Assembly (NCBI GenBank): GCA_037445065.1 | Contig: JBBILD010000006.1 | Location: forward strand, 164,539 to 228,538 | Source: Myxococcales bacterium | GTDB lineage: Bacteria; Desulfobacterota; Binatia; HRBIN30 | Direction of reading: 5' to 3' | Length of the DNA: 64,000 nt | Shown: positions 9,034 through 18,966 of the stretch, piece by piece | How positions within the stretch are numbered: the stretch's first letter is position 1 | How the letters are laid out: the number at the start of each line of letters is the position of its first letter | Notes under the pieces: generated by a model | What the model was told of the DNA's origin: nothing | The model's database searches: none | Seen by the model: only the letters and a program-made list of their open reading frames with translations | Translations under genes and position numbers: made by a program

Positions 9034-11785
9034 ATGCCCGGCCGGGGTGGTTCGCGCCTTGTGGCCTCCGCACGCTTCGTTCTGCCTGGGAGCGCACTGG
9101 CAGCGTTGGCCGCCCTCGGCTTCCGGGGCGACAACGGCGGGGAGCGGCAGGCGGCGTGGCGAGCGGCGGATTTCGTGGCCTTCAGAACGGTGGAGGCCAC
9201 GCGCGCTGGGACGGGTGCGAAGTCTCCCGTCCCCGCTCTGTTCGAAGCAGGCCGTGTACAGGCTGCGCCGCGGCAGGGACCTTCGGCATTGCCGCCGTTG
9301 GTGCAGGCGGCGGTGTCCAGAGCAGTAGGTAAGGATCGCGCCCAATTTCATGCGCGCCAGGAGTTGCAGAGCGACGCGATTCGCTTCGCGCAGCCCGGGC
9401 GAGGTCTCGAGGCAGAACTGCGCCCAGAGCACGGGCTGACGGTAAGGAGCGTGTCTGGCCACCAATGGGGCCTGGAACTGACGCGTTGGGGCTGTGGGAA
9501 AGATTTGCGCTCTGCCGGGCCGGTAACCGAGCAGCACCTGCTGGCAAACGAAGTCACGTGGGTCCGGAACGGAGGCGGCCTCCGCGAGTGGTATGTGCAT
9601 GGGCCGTTCGGGATTCAGCAGGGCTTCACGGTCGTGAGCGCGGGTGAGTCTTGTAGGCGCGAGGCGGCGGATGAGCTGGTACTCGAACTCCAGGTGCGTG
9701 GCAGCGTGATCGGCGAACCCGAGCAAGATTGGCGGAGCGTGCTCTGGCGCGACGCAAGGACGCAAGAGCCCGTCGTCCGCTATTCGGGTCTCATTGCATA
9801 CGATGCGAACCACCGAGCGCTGCCGGCACGCATGGAGTTGGGGCGGGACACGTTGGAGCTGCGGGTGGCGCTGGCGGGGGCGGAGTATCCAGTAGTGGTG
9901 GATCCGTTCGTGCAGGAGGCCAAGCTTACCGCAGCAGGCACTGCAGGCTTGGCCTTGTTCGGAGCGTCAGTGGCAATTGACGGAGACACGATCGTTGTCG
10001 GGGCGCCGGGCGTGGACTTTGATGTCGGGGCTGCGTACGTGTTCGAAAAACCAGCCTCTGGTTGGAACATCACGTCTACCTACTCGGCCAAGCTCACTCC
10101 CACGTTCGACGACACGTTTTTGCCTGAAGGGTTCGGTTACGCCGTCGCCATCTCCGGCAATACGATCGTCGTGGGGGCTCCGTTTTCCACGGTGCACGAG
10201 GCGCTCATGATGAAAGAGGCGATCGGCTTGGCGTATGTATACGTGAAACCGGATACGGGCTGGGCCGACATGACCGAAACGGCCCGGCTCCGGCCAAGCG
10301 ATGCCGGCTCGGTCGAGGACTTCTTCGGCTACTCGGTCGCCATCGAAGGCGACACAATCGTCGTGGGCGCTCCATCTCACACGCCGCCCCCCCGGGGGCG
10401 AGGCGTTGCAGTTCAATGGATCCACATACGTCTTCGTGAAGCCCGAATCGGGTTGGTCCAACATGACTGAGACTGCCAAGCTCGAAGCAGAAGGAAAGTG
10501 GTTGGGTGCCTCGGTGGGCATCAGCGGTGACGTTGTTGTGGTGGGTGCCCCACTCCATGATCTTGAAGAAAGAGTGAATGCGGGCGCCGCGTACGTGTTT
10601 GCACGGCCCGCCGGCGGGTGGACTGGACATGTGCCGCCAGTTGCGAAGCTTACCGCCTCCGACGGGGAAGCGGGGGATCAACTGGGGCACAGCGCGGCCA
10701 TCGATGGCGATACCATCGTCGTCGGCACCTTGTTCGACGACGTTGATGGAAGTGCGGACTAAGGTTCCGTTTATGTGTTTGCCCGCCCGAGCGGTGGCTG
10801 GCAGGACACGACGGAAACAGCCAGGCTGACGACCTCGGACGGGGCAGCCGAAGATTGGTTCGGGCTTGGCTTGGCGATCGAGCACGATACGATCGTTGCG
10901 GGAGCGCAGCAACACGACGTTGATAGTGCTTCGAATCAAGGCGCTGCTTACGTGTTCCTCAGGCCCTCGGGTGGCTGGGCAACGGCGACAGAGGACGGCA
11001 AGCCGTTGGCGTCGGATGGGCAAGCTGACGCCAACTTTGGTGTGTCCATCGGTTTATCGGGCGGGGTGCTAGTGGCGGGTGCGCTCTTTCACGACCAGAA
11101 CGGGAACGTAGATCAGGGCTCCGCCTATGTTTTCGCCCGGGAGTTGGAGCCCCCTTCTCCAACGCCGACCTCGAGTGCGACCCCAACCCCAACCCGGACC
11201 CCGACGCCGACCCTGACCCCGACGCTGACCCCGAGCGGCGCTTGCCCAGCGCTGCCGCGGCTCGACTGCGATCTACCAGCGCGAGCGTCTTTGTGGCTCC
11301 GCGACTCTCTCCTCGATCGCGGCGACCGGTTCGCTCTCCGCTTGTTGCGCAGTGCCCCGAAGCGCAAGCGGGCTGAGTTAGGCGACCCGACCGAAAGCGC
11401 GACGTACTCGGTCTGCATGTGGCAAGGTACGGAACCGATGGCACAAATGCGAGCGTGGGATCGGAGGAAGTGGACCTCCGGGCCGCGCGGTTATCGGTAC
11501 ATTGATCGCTCGGCATTGAGTGACGGACTCGTCCTGCTCGGTTTGCGGACTGGCGGCGATAGGTCGGCCAGAAGGACGCGCGTGATCGCCTTCGGCAGGG
11601 GGGTAGCCTTGCCGGAAGTGGCACTTCCCCTGAGCCTGCCGGTGCAGCTCACGGTTCAAGTGGTGGAGTCAGAGAGTGGCGTCTGCTTTGGCCAAACGTT
11701 TACCGATGCTCAGGTGATTGAAAACCGTGAGGATCCCACCGGGCGAACACGGGTGTTTCGAGCCGAACGGCCCAAGGCGCCGTAA
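9034..11785 (+). pseudogene. Secreted FG-GAP (integrin-alpha-like beta-propeller) repeat protein with Thr/Pro linker and C-terminal domain; frameshift at 10387-10398 and in-frame TAA at 10760-10762
   Basis: Six FG.SVAI.GDTIVVGA...G.AYVF.P..GW-type repeats run across three ORFs. Removing one C from the C7G5 tract joins frames (TPPPGGEALQFNGSTYVF). GSAD*GSVYVF aligns with sister repeats NVDQGSAYVF and ASNQGAAYVF. Confidence 0.85.
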
Positions 11786-11806
11786 CGGCAGGGTACGGCC
11801 TGACGC

Positions 11807-12898
11807 TTATCGCGCCGCGTACGTTGTAAGCGGCGTCAACATCAAGGCCAGCGCGGCGCCGACCGGGAACGTGGCGAACCAGGCCAGCAACACCTCCGAG
11901 AACGTGCGCACATGGAGCCGCTCTTGAGAACCGCCGGCGCCGGCGATCGCGGCAACGGCGACGTGGGTCGCCGACACGGGCAGGCTCATAGCGCTGGCGG
12001 CAATGACGAGGGCGCTTGTCACTGCGTTGGCTGCAAAGCCGGTACGCGAATCGAGCGGAGCAATCCGGTAACTCATCGTCGAGGCAACGCGGCCTCCCCA
12101 AAACAAGCTGCCAGAGGCCATTGCCAGCCCCACCGCAGCGATGGCGGGTGCACTGGGTAGCGAGTGGGAGGCGTAAAGGACTCCTAGGACCTTGGGCAGA
12201 TCGTTGGCGGCACGTGCAAAGCATACGGCCAGTGCGGACAAGAGGTGCAGGCCGTTCAGATGCTGCGTGATCGAAACCTGCGCAACCGGGTAATGCCGCT
12301 CGCAAGTACCGGCGCTAGCGGCCAAGACTAGTGGCGGCACCCACCGTTGTACGAGCACACCGCGGAATGGCTGGGCTTCGAGCGTGGGTGCCACAACGCA
12401 GAGGCAAGCCCGACTGAGATGTGCTCTGCTGAGAAGTTTGCTGAGGAGAACCCCGAGCCCTGCAGCAAGGAGGGGTGAGAGCAGCATGGGCGCGAGAAAG
12501 ATACCGCCCAAAACACCAGCATTGAACGATTGGTGGTGTGCGAGCGCGGTGCCGACCAGGCTGCCCAGCAGGGCGTGGGTCGTGGAAACGGGGAGGCCGA
12601 GACAGGTGGCGAGCCCCACCGCGCCAGCACCTGCGAGCACGACGCTCAGGCGGAAACTGTCCGTGGCGAGCACATCAGCCGGGACCAGTCCGCTGCCCGC
12701 GAAACGCTCGGCAAGCTGCTTTCCCAAAGCAATGGCGCTCAGTGCCCCGGCAAAGGTCGCGAGCGTGGCCAGAGTTTTCGCATGCCGATAGCGAAACACC
12801 TGCGCCCCCACCGCGGTTGCGAAGCCTTTGAAGTTATCATTCGCGCCGTTTGCGAAGCCCAGAAGGAGAACAGCGCTGAAAAGCGACAGGTCCGTCAT
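11807..12898 (-). CDS. PiT-family inorganic phosphate/oxyanion transporter with Cys-containing central loop
   Basis: GANDNFKG, PVSTTHALLG, ANDLPK and PVSATH signatures, multiple TM helices. Confidence 0.85.
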   Translation of the reverse strand: MTDLSLFSAVLLLGFANGANDNFKGFATAVGAQVFRYRHAKTLATLATFAGALSAIALGKQLAERFAGSGLVPADVLATDSFRLSVVLAGAGAVGLATCLGLPVSTTHALLGSLVGTALAHHQSFNAGVLGGIFLAPMLLSPLLAAGLGVLLSKLLSRAHLSRACLCVVAPTLEAQPFRGVLVQRWVPPLVLAASAGTCERHYPVAQVSITQHLNGLHLLSALAVCFARAANDLPKVLGVLYASHSLPSAPAIAAVGLAMASGSLFWGGRVASTMSYRIAPLDSRTGFAANAVTSALVIAASAMSLPVSATHVAVAAIAGAGGSQERLHVRTFSEVLLAWFATFPVGAALALMLTPLTTYAAR

Positions 12899-13029
12899 CG
12901 TAGCGACGAGGATCGGATTGGGCGTTGGGTGATCAAAGGGAGCCGGGGCCCTTACGTGCGCCTGCGCTGCCTCGGAGAGCGCTTCTCCAGTGCGGCGGTA
13001 GCTCCCTTTGTAGAGGCTGGTCCATCGAA

Positions 13030-14067
13030 TCAGCAACAACCGTTTTTTGTGTCGTTCACCGGGGCCTCGAACGGGGCGCTTGCGCCGCATCCGGGGAAGA
13101 TTCCGTAATGGCGTGAAAAGTCGCCGATGAATTCAAAGTGAGGCGCAAAACGGGTCTGGCGCAGCATCCGCCAGGTGTTCCCGCAAACTGGAAAGACCCG
13201 GCCGGCGTCCATTTCGTGACGTTTGTCCAAGCGGAACCGGTGTGGAAACCACGGGATGGTTCCACGATAGATCACCGCCTGCCCGTAGTCCTCGCAAGCG
13301 TCTTCCAGTCCTTCGAGCCGAAACATGCGATAGGTAGCCGAGTAAAAGCGCACAGCGCCAACGCGCGCGGCAAGTTTGGGGTCCGTGAGTTCGATCGGGC
13401 GATCTTCCACTAAGCGGGGATCGGTGAACCCAGTGCATCGCACCAGACGGAGAAAATCGTTCCAGTAGAGTGCCCCTCCTAGGCATTCCGCGTAAAGCAC
13501 GGGGTCATTTTGGACCTCGAGTGGCACGCGCCGGTCGGCGTAAACATCGGAAAAGTAGAATTCGCCTCCGAACTTGAGCAAGCGGTACACCCCGGCGAGC
13601 ACTGCCGCCTTGTCGGCGGAGAGATTCACCACGCAGTTCGAGACGACGACGTCGAAGCTCGCTGGTTCCAAATCGAGTTCTTCCAAGCGTTCGATGTACC
13701 CGCGCAGAAAACGCACGTTGGAGAACCCAAAGCGCTCGGCGTGCCATCGCCGGTACCGCTCCGCGACCGCAAGCTGCTCCTCCGTCATATCCACCCCGAC
13801 GACTTCACCGCTCGGCCCTACGAGTTGCGCGAGCAGGTACACGTCTCTTCCAGCGCCGCAGCCCAGATCGAGAACGCGGCAGCCGCTGAGCAGTGGCGGG
13901 CAGCTGAGGCCGCAACCGTAGTACCGCTTCGCGACCTCCGGGTGAATGTTGGCGAGAAGTGCTTTTAGCCACGGTGGCGTGGCGACCGGGTCGCAACACG
14001 CCGTCGTCTTCAAGTCCGCGGACTGCTGCAGGGTTTTGCCGTAATATTCCTGAACGAGTTCATGCAT
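13030..14067 (-). CDS. arsM: Arsenite S-adenosylmethionine methyltransferase (ArsM/AS3MT-like)
   Basis: LKTTACC, YYGCG, VLDLGCGAGRD, SNCVVNL, ECLGGALY, CEDYGQAVIY, VCGNT, C-terminal CC. GGAGG RBS. Confidence 0.88.
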   Translation of the reverse strand: MHELVQEYYGKTLQQSADLKTTACCDPVATPPWLKALLANIHPEVAKRYYGCGLSCPPLLSGCRVLDLGCGAGRDVYLLAQLVGPSGEVVGVDMTEEQLAVAERYRRWHAERFGFSNVRFLRGYIERLEELDLEPASFDVVVSNCVVNLSADKAAVLAGVYRLLKFGGEFYFSDVYADRRVPLEVQNDPVLYAECLGGALYWNDFLRLVRCTGFTDPRLVEDRPIELTDPKLAARVGAVRFYSATYRMFRLEGLEDACEDYGQAVIYRGTIPWFPHRFRLDKRHEMDAGRVFPVCGNTWRMLRQTRFAPHFEFIGDFSRHYGIFPGCGASAPFEAPVNDTKNGCC

Positions 14068-14113
14068 GCGGGTTCGCCTCCCTGAATGATGTTCTGTGGG
14101 ATTCGTTGCGCGT

Positions 14114-14143
14114 TTGGTCGCACCAAGTCCTCGCCTCGTTACA
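14114..14143 (-). promoter_or_regulatory. Candidate ECF-sigma promoter of arsM-PiT
   Basis: TGTAAC-N17-CGACCAA, 46 nt upstream of the arsM ATG; one of five copies. Confidence 0.7.
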
Positions 14144-14494
14144 ATTGCCAGACTCGCTCCCATGCCGCGCCTCTCGACTCACCCTGTACGTTGCGAAGCA
14201 GCGTGAACCTCTTCTCGGGCCCCCGCATAGGCCCGAGAAGAAGCGCAGCCCGCAGATCGCGGAAAACCCAGTGTCGGCGCGCACGGGCGCGCTCGTCGGT
14301 ACAGTTGCCTCCCGCTGTCAAGGGCGCCCGGAGCCACGGCGTTATCGCGCCTTCGCTGGCACGCCCAAACAGCGCCGACGGGCCAGGCAAGGGAAGCGCA
14401 TGCAGTTCTGGCTTTGGACAGCCCTCCGAACTGAGTTGCGTGCGCTCCCGTGCAACGCGGAAACCGTCTCGCTTGTTGCGGACCGCACATTGCG

Positions 14495-15133
14495 TCATGG
14501 TGCGAGATGGACACCGCGCGCCAGTGAGGGCGGCAATTCGCTGAGGTGGGCTGGTTCGTCAATGTCAGTGAGCGCTGGAAACTCCTTCCAAAGCCACCCA
14601 ATCTCGCGTAGGCGTGCCCTGGTTTGTGCCGCTACAGACGAAGTACTCCACGCGATGTCGGAAAACAGCCGCGGGTGGAAGTGGCGGGCGCCGAGAAGCA
14701 CGTAGCCGCCGTCAGTACTAGGAACCAGCACCGCGTCGTGGCGCGTCAGCGCCTGCCCACAAGCCCTGAGGACGGAGCGTTCTAGGGCAGGACAATCGGT
14801 TCCAAGAAGCAGCACCGCATTCCCCAACGCTGCCGATCGTTCCGCAGCCCGAGCAAGGCGCCGACCTAGATCTCCAGCGCCTTGGTCTGTCCAACGGGTA
14901 ACGCGAGCAGCGAGTCGCTTACGCCATGCCGTCCACACCGGATTCTCTGGCTCGGGAGTAACGCAGAGTTCTACTTCGCCGATACCCGAACGGCACGCTT
15001 CTCGAACCGTGTAGAGGAGCATGCGGCGGGCGAGAAGCGCGGCGCCTACTTCTCCGAGCGCGGGGATGAGCCGCGTTTTTACGAACCCGGGAACGGGTGC
15101 CTTTGCGAACACCACAAGGCGCAAGCCCTTCAC
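14495..15133 (-). CDS. TIGR04282-type arsenosugar biosynthesis glycosyltransferase (CofC/DUF2064-like)
   Basis: FAKAPVPGFVKTRL, QGAGDLGRRL, GTDCP, DGGYVLLG, WSTSSV, DIDEP. GTGA overlap with the upstream gene. Confidence 0.85.
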   Translation of the reverse strand: MKGLRLVVFAKAPVPGFVKTRLIPALGEVGAALLARRMLLYTVREACRSGIGEVELCVTPEPENPVWTAWRKRLAARVTRWTDQGAGDLGRRLARAAERSAALGNAVLLLGTDCPALERSVLRACGQALTRHDAVLVPSTDGGYVLLGARHFHPRLFSDIAWSTSSVAAQTRARLREIGWLWKEFPALTDIDEPAHLSELPPSLARGVHLAP

Positions 15134-15804
15134 GGGTAGGCCCTCGCCAAATCTTCCGCAGGGACGCCGAGCCAATACAAGCAGCGAAGCCGCCACATGA
15201 GAAGGATCGTTCTCCATACCCCGTACGTTTCCCACCGGCGCCCAGAAGTGGTTACGCGCGAGCCCACGCAAGCCGGGCGGCCGAGCTGCTTCAGCGCACG
15301 GGACAGCCAGATGTCTTCCATCAACGGTTGGTCGGGATAGCCCCCGACTTTCCAGAAAACGTCGCGGCGGACGAAAATGGCTTGGTCTCCGGTGGCAATC
15401 CCACTGAGTCGGGAGCGCAGGTTCATCAGCGCGGCAATCACTGGGAACCAGCGGCTTCGACCTTCGATGCGTACGTCGAAGCGGCCCCAAAGGACCTGGG
15501 GGCGGGAGAGTGCTCGAGCGATTTGGTAGCACGCGTCGGGAGGCAGCCGCGTATCCGCATGCAGAAAGACGAGTGCCTCGCCGGTAGCCACGCTCGCACC
15601 TGCGTTCATTTGCCTTGCTCTTCCCCGCGGGGCGCACAAGACCCGGAAACCAAGGGCACGCGCAAAGGCGACCGATCCGTCTTGACTGCCGCCGTCTACA
15701 ATCAGCACCTCGCACCCAGCCCGGCGCAGTGGCAGCAAGTGCTGCAACAACGAGGGGAGCTGCGTCATTTCGTTGAGCATCGGAACGATGAGGGAGATTT
15801 TCAT
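15130..15804 (-). CDS. TIGR04283-type GT2 arsenosugar biosynthesis glycosyltransferase
   Basis: IVPMLNE, VDGGSQD, RARQMNAG, FLHADT, TGDQAIFVRR, LMEDI, TSGRRW. ATGA overlap with the DUF547 gene. Confidence 0.88.
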   Translation of the reverse strand: MKISLIVPMLNEMTQLPSLLQHLLPLRRAGCEVLIVDGGSQDGSVAFARALGFRVLCAPRGRARQMNAGASVATGEALVFLHADTRLPPDACYQIARALSRPQVLWGRFDVRIEGRSRWFPVIAALMNLRSRLSGIATGDQAIFVRRDVFWKVGGYPDQPLMEDIWLSRALKQLGRPACVGSRVTTSGRRWETYGVWRTILLMWRLRCLYWLGVPAEDLARAYP

Positions 15805-16724
15805 CGTCTGCTTGCTACAGAGTCGTTCAGACTCCAATCGTAGTCTCCGAAGCGGATGGGGATGCGGCCAGCCCGCAACGCCGTTTCTCGTTCAGGGGAC
15901 AGCTCGAGTTCGCGTGCGTAGAGTGCCAGAAACTCCGCGAGCGAAGTCGCACCGCGGAAGCCCTGCTCGAAGTCGCCGCGATACCAGTGGAAGATCGGAG
16001 ACACTTCCAAGTACGTCCCCACCAGCCGATTCCGACCGCGATCTCCGAGAAATCGGCGCGCTTGATCCTCGAGCTGTGCATCGAGTTCACTTCCTGTGTA
16101 CGCCTCGGGCCGCAATGCTGGACAGCCGACACTGGCGCAATTGAGGGCAAAGTGAACCCGTGGGTCTCGGTAGCGCCCTGAGCCGCGAATGAGTCCGTGT
16201 TCGATATCGTCCAGAGAGACCGTCTTGCTCAGCAAGCGAATGAACGGACGCTTCCAAGGCGATTGGAAGAGGGACCCCAAGTCCTTGATGGACTTGAGCC
16301 CCGGGTATCGGCTCAAAACGAGTTGGATGGTGAAGGCATTGTAGGCGTTGATGAGGAACGCCAGTTGCTGGCTCGCGGGCCAGGTGTCAAAGGCGGCTTG
16401 TTGCACCGCCGATAGGTTGGCCAAATAGGCATCCAGCGCTGCTTGATTTCTCTTGAATCCCGCGTAGTCCACAGTACTCGCGTGCCCTTCGTACACCCAA
16501 CGCACGTGTTGTTTGAGGAGCGTGTCCCAGGAGCTGTGGTCCGCGAACGCGAAAACAGGCCAGGCCGGGAACAGTCCGAGCAAGAGGAAGGAAAAGCAGG
16601 CTAGGAGGTTCCGGTGGCAGGTCGCGCCGCGCTGGGGCGTGCTCGCGGAAGGCCGCGGAGACTCGGCCGCTCTCCCTTTTCCGGTGGCAAACAGGGCTGC
16701 CATCGCTCTCTGGACTAGGGCCAT
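15801..16724 (-). CDS. DUF547-domain exported protein
   Basis: QLAFLINAYNAFTI, SLDDIEHG, DPRVHFALNCASVGCP, YDWSLN, and a signal-like hydrophobic segment. Start codon is uncertain. Confidence 0.85.
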   Translation of the reverse strand: MALVQRAMAALFATGKGRAAESPRPSASTPQRGATCHRNLLACFSFLLLGLFPAWPVFAFADHSSWDTLLKQHVRWVYEGHASTVDYAGFKRNQAALDAYLANLSAVQQAAFDTWPASQQLAFLINAYNAFTIQLVLSRYPGLKSIKDLGSLFQSPWKRPFIRLLSKTVSLDDIEHGLIRGSGRYRDPRVHFALNCASVGCPALRPEAYTGSELDAQLEDQARRFLGDRGRNRLVGTYLEVSPIFHWYRGDFEQGFRGATSLAEFLALYARELELSPERETALRAGRIPIRFGDYDWSLNDSVASRR

Positions 16725-17710
16725 GACGGCCGAGCCTCCGCTCCTGCCGAGGTTTGCAGGGCGCCACCGCAACTACTGCCCTGGCCCGCAGTGCAGCCGT
16801 AGCAATGGTCGGCAACCCGAATCGGCGAACCGGCAGGATCCCACTCGAGCAAGTCGCGCAAGTGGGCGGGCCGCAGCTGGCGGTTGAGCGGCAAGCGAAG
16901 CTGCTGGTTGAAGTCGCAATCGTACAGGTAGCCCTGCCAGTCCACACTCACGAGGGAACGGCACATGACCTGGTCTGTGTTGCCCGCCCGGAAGTGCTCC
17001 TTGAGCAATCGCAGGTAGTTGTGAAACTCGCCGCGCGAAAGCAGCCACGAGCCGAAACGCTGAATCGGCATGTTGGTTAGAACGAAGAGGTGGTGGAAAA
17101 CGATGCCGAAGCGCTCGCGTAGCTCCTGCTTGTACGCCGCTTCGAGGGACGTTTGGTTCGGCGGTAGGCTGGGGCCGAGCGGATTGTATACGAGATGAAG
17201 CCGCAGGGGGGAGTCCTCTTGGCCGTAGCCAAGGGCGTTCAGCTTCCGTAATGCCGCAATGCTCTTTTCGAAAACACCCTTGCCGCGCTGGCGATCTACG
17301 TTGTCGGCGGAGTAGCAGGGCAGAGATGCGACCACCTCCACTGAGTGGTCGCGCAGAAACTCAGCCAGGTCTTCCTCGCCTGGCTCGAACAGGACCGTAA
17401 GGTTGCAACGGTCGATGACGCGCACCCCGAGACCATGCGCGGCACGCACAAGATCCCGGAACCCTGGATGCAATTCCGGAGCCCCGCCGGTAAGGTCGAG
17501 GGCGGAGATCCGCCGCGCTGCGAGCACTTTTGGGATCAGCGCCAAGATGTCTGCTTGCATCATCTCTGTGCGGTACGGCCCGGCGTTGACATGGCAGTGC
17601 ATGCACGATTGGTTGCAGCGGTAGCCCAGGTTCACCTGCAGCGTGTTTACGGGCCCGCGCTTCAGTGCGGGGAAATCTGTGGGCTCGAGTAGTGGCAAAA
17701 CGGTCTGCAT
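16715..17710 (-). CDS. arsS: Arsenosugar biosynthesis radical SAM protein ArsS (TIGR04167 family)
   Basis: LQVNLGYRCNQSCMHCHVNAGP, DLTGGAPEL, SLPCY, YDCDFNQ, HCYGCTAGQGSSCGG. Confidence 0.92.
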   Translation of the reverse strand: MQTVLPLLEPTDFPALKRGPVNTLQVNLGYRCNQSCMHCHVNAGPYRTEMMQADILALIPKVLAARRISALDLTGGAPELHPGFRDLVRAAHGLGVRVIDRCNLTVLFEPGEEDLAEFLRDHSVEVVASLPCYSADNVDRQRGKGVFEKSIAALRKLNALGYGQEDSPLRLHLVYNPLGPSLPPNQTSLEAAYKQELRERFGIVFHHLFVLTNMPIQRFGSWLLSRGEFHNYLRLLKEHFRAGNTDQVMCRSLVSVDWQGYLYDCDFNQQLRLPLNRQLRPAHLRDLLEWDPAGSPIRVADHCYGCTAGQGSSCGGALQTSAGAEARPSWP

Positions 17711-17779
17711 CTTTTTTCCTCTCGAAACAAAGAACGGAATGTTTCATCCCTTGAGATCGTTGACGGGTGCGGCGTTGCT

Positions 17780-17809
17780 ATGGTCGTTCCCCTCCATCGC
17801 TCTCTTACG
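17780..17809 (-). promoter_or_regulatory. Candidate ECF-sigma promoter of the arsS operon
   Basis: CGTAAG-N17-CGACCAT, 69 nt upstream of the arsS ATG. Confidence 0.68.
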
Positions 17810-17841
17810 GTCGAGGTGGCGGGCAGGATGAGATTCGCGCC

Positions 17842-17871
17842 CGTAAGAAACGGAGAGCCTGGCCCGACGAA
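17842..17871 (+). promoter_or_regulatory. Candidate ECF-sigma promoter of the AhpD-like gene
   Basis: CGTAAG-N17-CGACGAA, 85 nt upstream of ATG 17957; back-to-back with the arsS copy. Confidence 0.65.
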
Positions 17872-17956
17872 CGGGGCCAGAGCTGCTGCGACCTACGCCT
17901 GCGTTCGGACAACTGCACAGGGGGATCGCGCGAGCGTTCGATTCGAAAGGAGGAGA

Positions 17957-18544
17957 ATGACCATGGAAAGAAAGTCCGCTCTCCTGGATCTTGTCCCGTA
18001 TTCAGCCGAATCGGCACCGGAGAAAGCTAAGGAGCTAATGGAAAGGATTCGCGCCAAGTATGGATTCGTTCCGAACGTGTATGCGGGGATGGCTCATTCC
18101 CCTGGCCTCCTCGAGACGTACCTAGTCGGGTACGAGCAGTTCCGGGAGAAGAGTGGGTTGAACCCAATTGAGCAAGAGGTCGTTTTCCTCACCATCAGCC
18201 GCTTCCACCGATGCCACTATTGCATGGCCGCGCACAGTCTGGTGGCCGATTTGGTGGCGAAAATGCCGACTGACGTCCTGGATGCTGTTCGCAAAGGCAG
18301 GAGCATTCCTGACCCCAAGCTCGCCGTGCTAGCCTCTTTCACCCACGCCATGGTGGAAACCCGGGGAATGCCAACGCCCGAGCAGGTGCAGGAATTTCGC
18401 GCTGCAGGGTACACCGACCGGCACGCGCTCGAAATCATTCTGGCGTTGGCCCTCAAGACCATGAGCAACTTCTCGAATCACCTGCTGCAACCGGAGCTGG
18501 AGCCGGCTTTCCGAGCCTATGCGTGGGCGGAAGACCCTAGCTGA
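17957..18544 (+). CDS. Carboxymuconolactone decarboxylase/AhpD-family peroxidase-related protein
   Basis: YGFVPNVY, EQEVVFLTIS...CHYCMAAH (CxxC), KTMSNF. AGGAGGAG RBS; start is 17957 or 17963. Confidence 0.88.
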   Translation: MTMERKSALLDLVPYSAESAPEKAKELMERIRAKYGFVPNVYAGMAHSPGLLETYLVGYEQFREKSGLNPIEQEVVFLTISRFHRCHYCMAAHSLVADLVAKMPTDVLDAVRKGRSIPDPKLAVLASFTHAMVETRGMPTPEQVQEFRAAGYTDRHALEIILALALKTMSNFSNHLLQPELEPAFRAYAWAEDPS

Positions 18545-18765
18545 GTCTTATAAGGGTCCCGATTTGGCCCGGCGCATTGACGAGCGCTGGCTTGTTCGGC
18601 CACAGGGCCTGCGGCGCTGATTTCTAGGCTGCGGCACGGCTTTTCTCGGCCCGCAGGCTGGGCCATCACTACTGAGTGCACTGCCAGCAGTGCTCGCAAC
18701 TGGAGCCGGGCGCAAGTCGCGCTCGGCCTGGAGAATCAGGAGTCACGACCCGGAGCGTCCCGGCT

Positions 18766-18966
18766 TCATTTCGCGCCAGGCATGTTCGGGCGATCCGTGC
18801 TGACGTATCGGCGGATCGCTTGTCGTAGTAAGAGGAACTGCTTGCGGGCATTGCGGCAACCGGAACACATCATTGCATGGAACATTAGAGCGACCCTTTC
18901 CCGCCAACTCAGCGAACGCTCCTGCGCCTCGCTCATCAAGCGAGTGGCTTCACGGCAGCTCAACAT
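18766..18966 (-). CDS. zf-HC2 (ZAS) zinc-binding anti-sigma factor, 66 aa
   Basis: MLSCREATRLMS and HAMMCSGC (HxxxCxxC). Start overlaps the sigma stop codon. Confidence 0.88.
   Translation of the reverse strand: MLSCREATRLMSEAQERSLSWRERVALMFHAMMCSGCRNARKQFLLLRQAIRRYVSTDRPNMPGAK

Noticed and set aside
16715..16800. Selenocysteine in ArsS
   Set aside because: The GSSCGG position is an ordinary Cys codon with no in-frame TGA.
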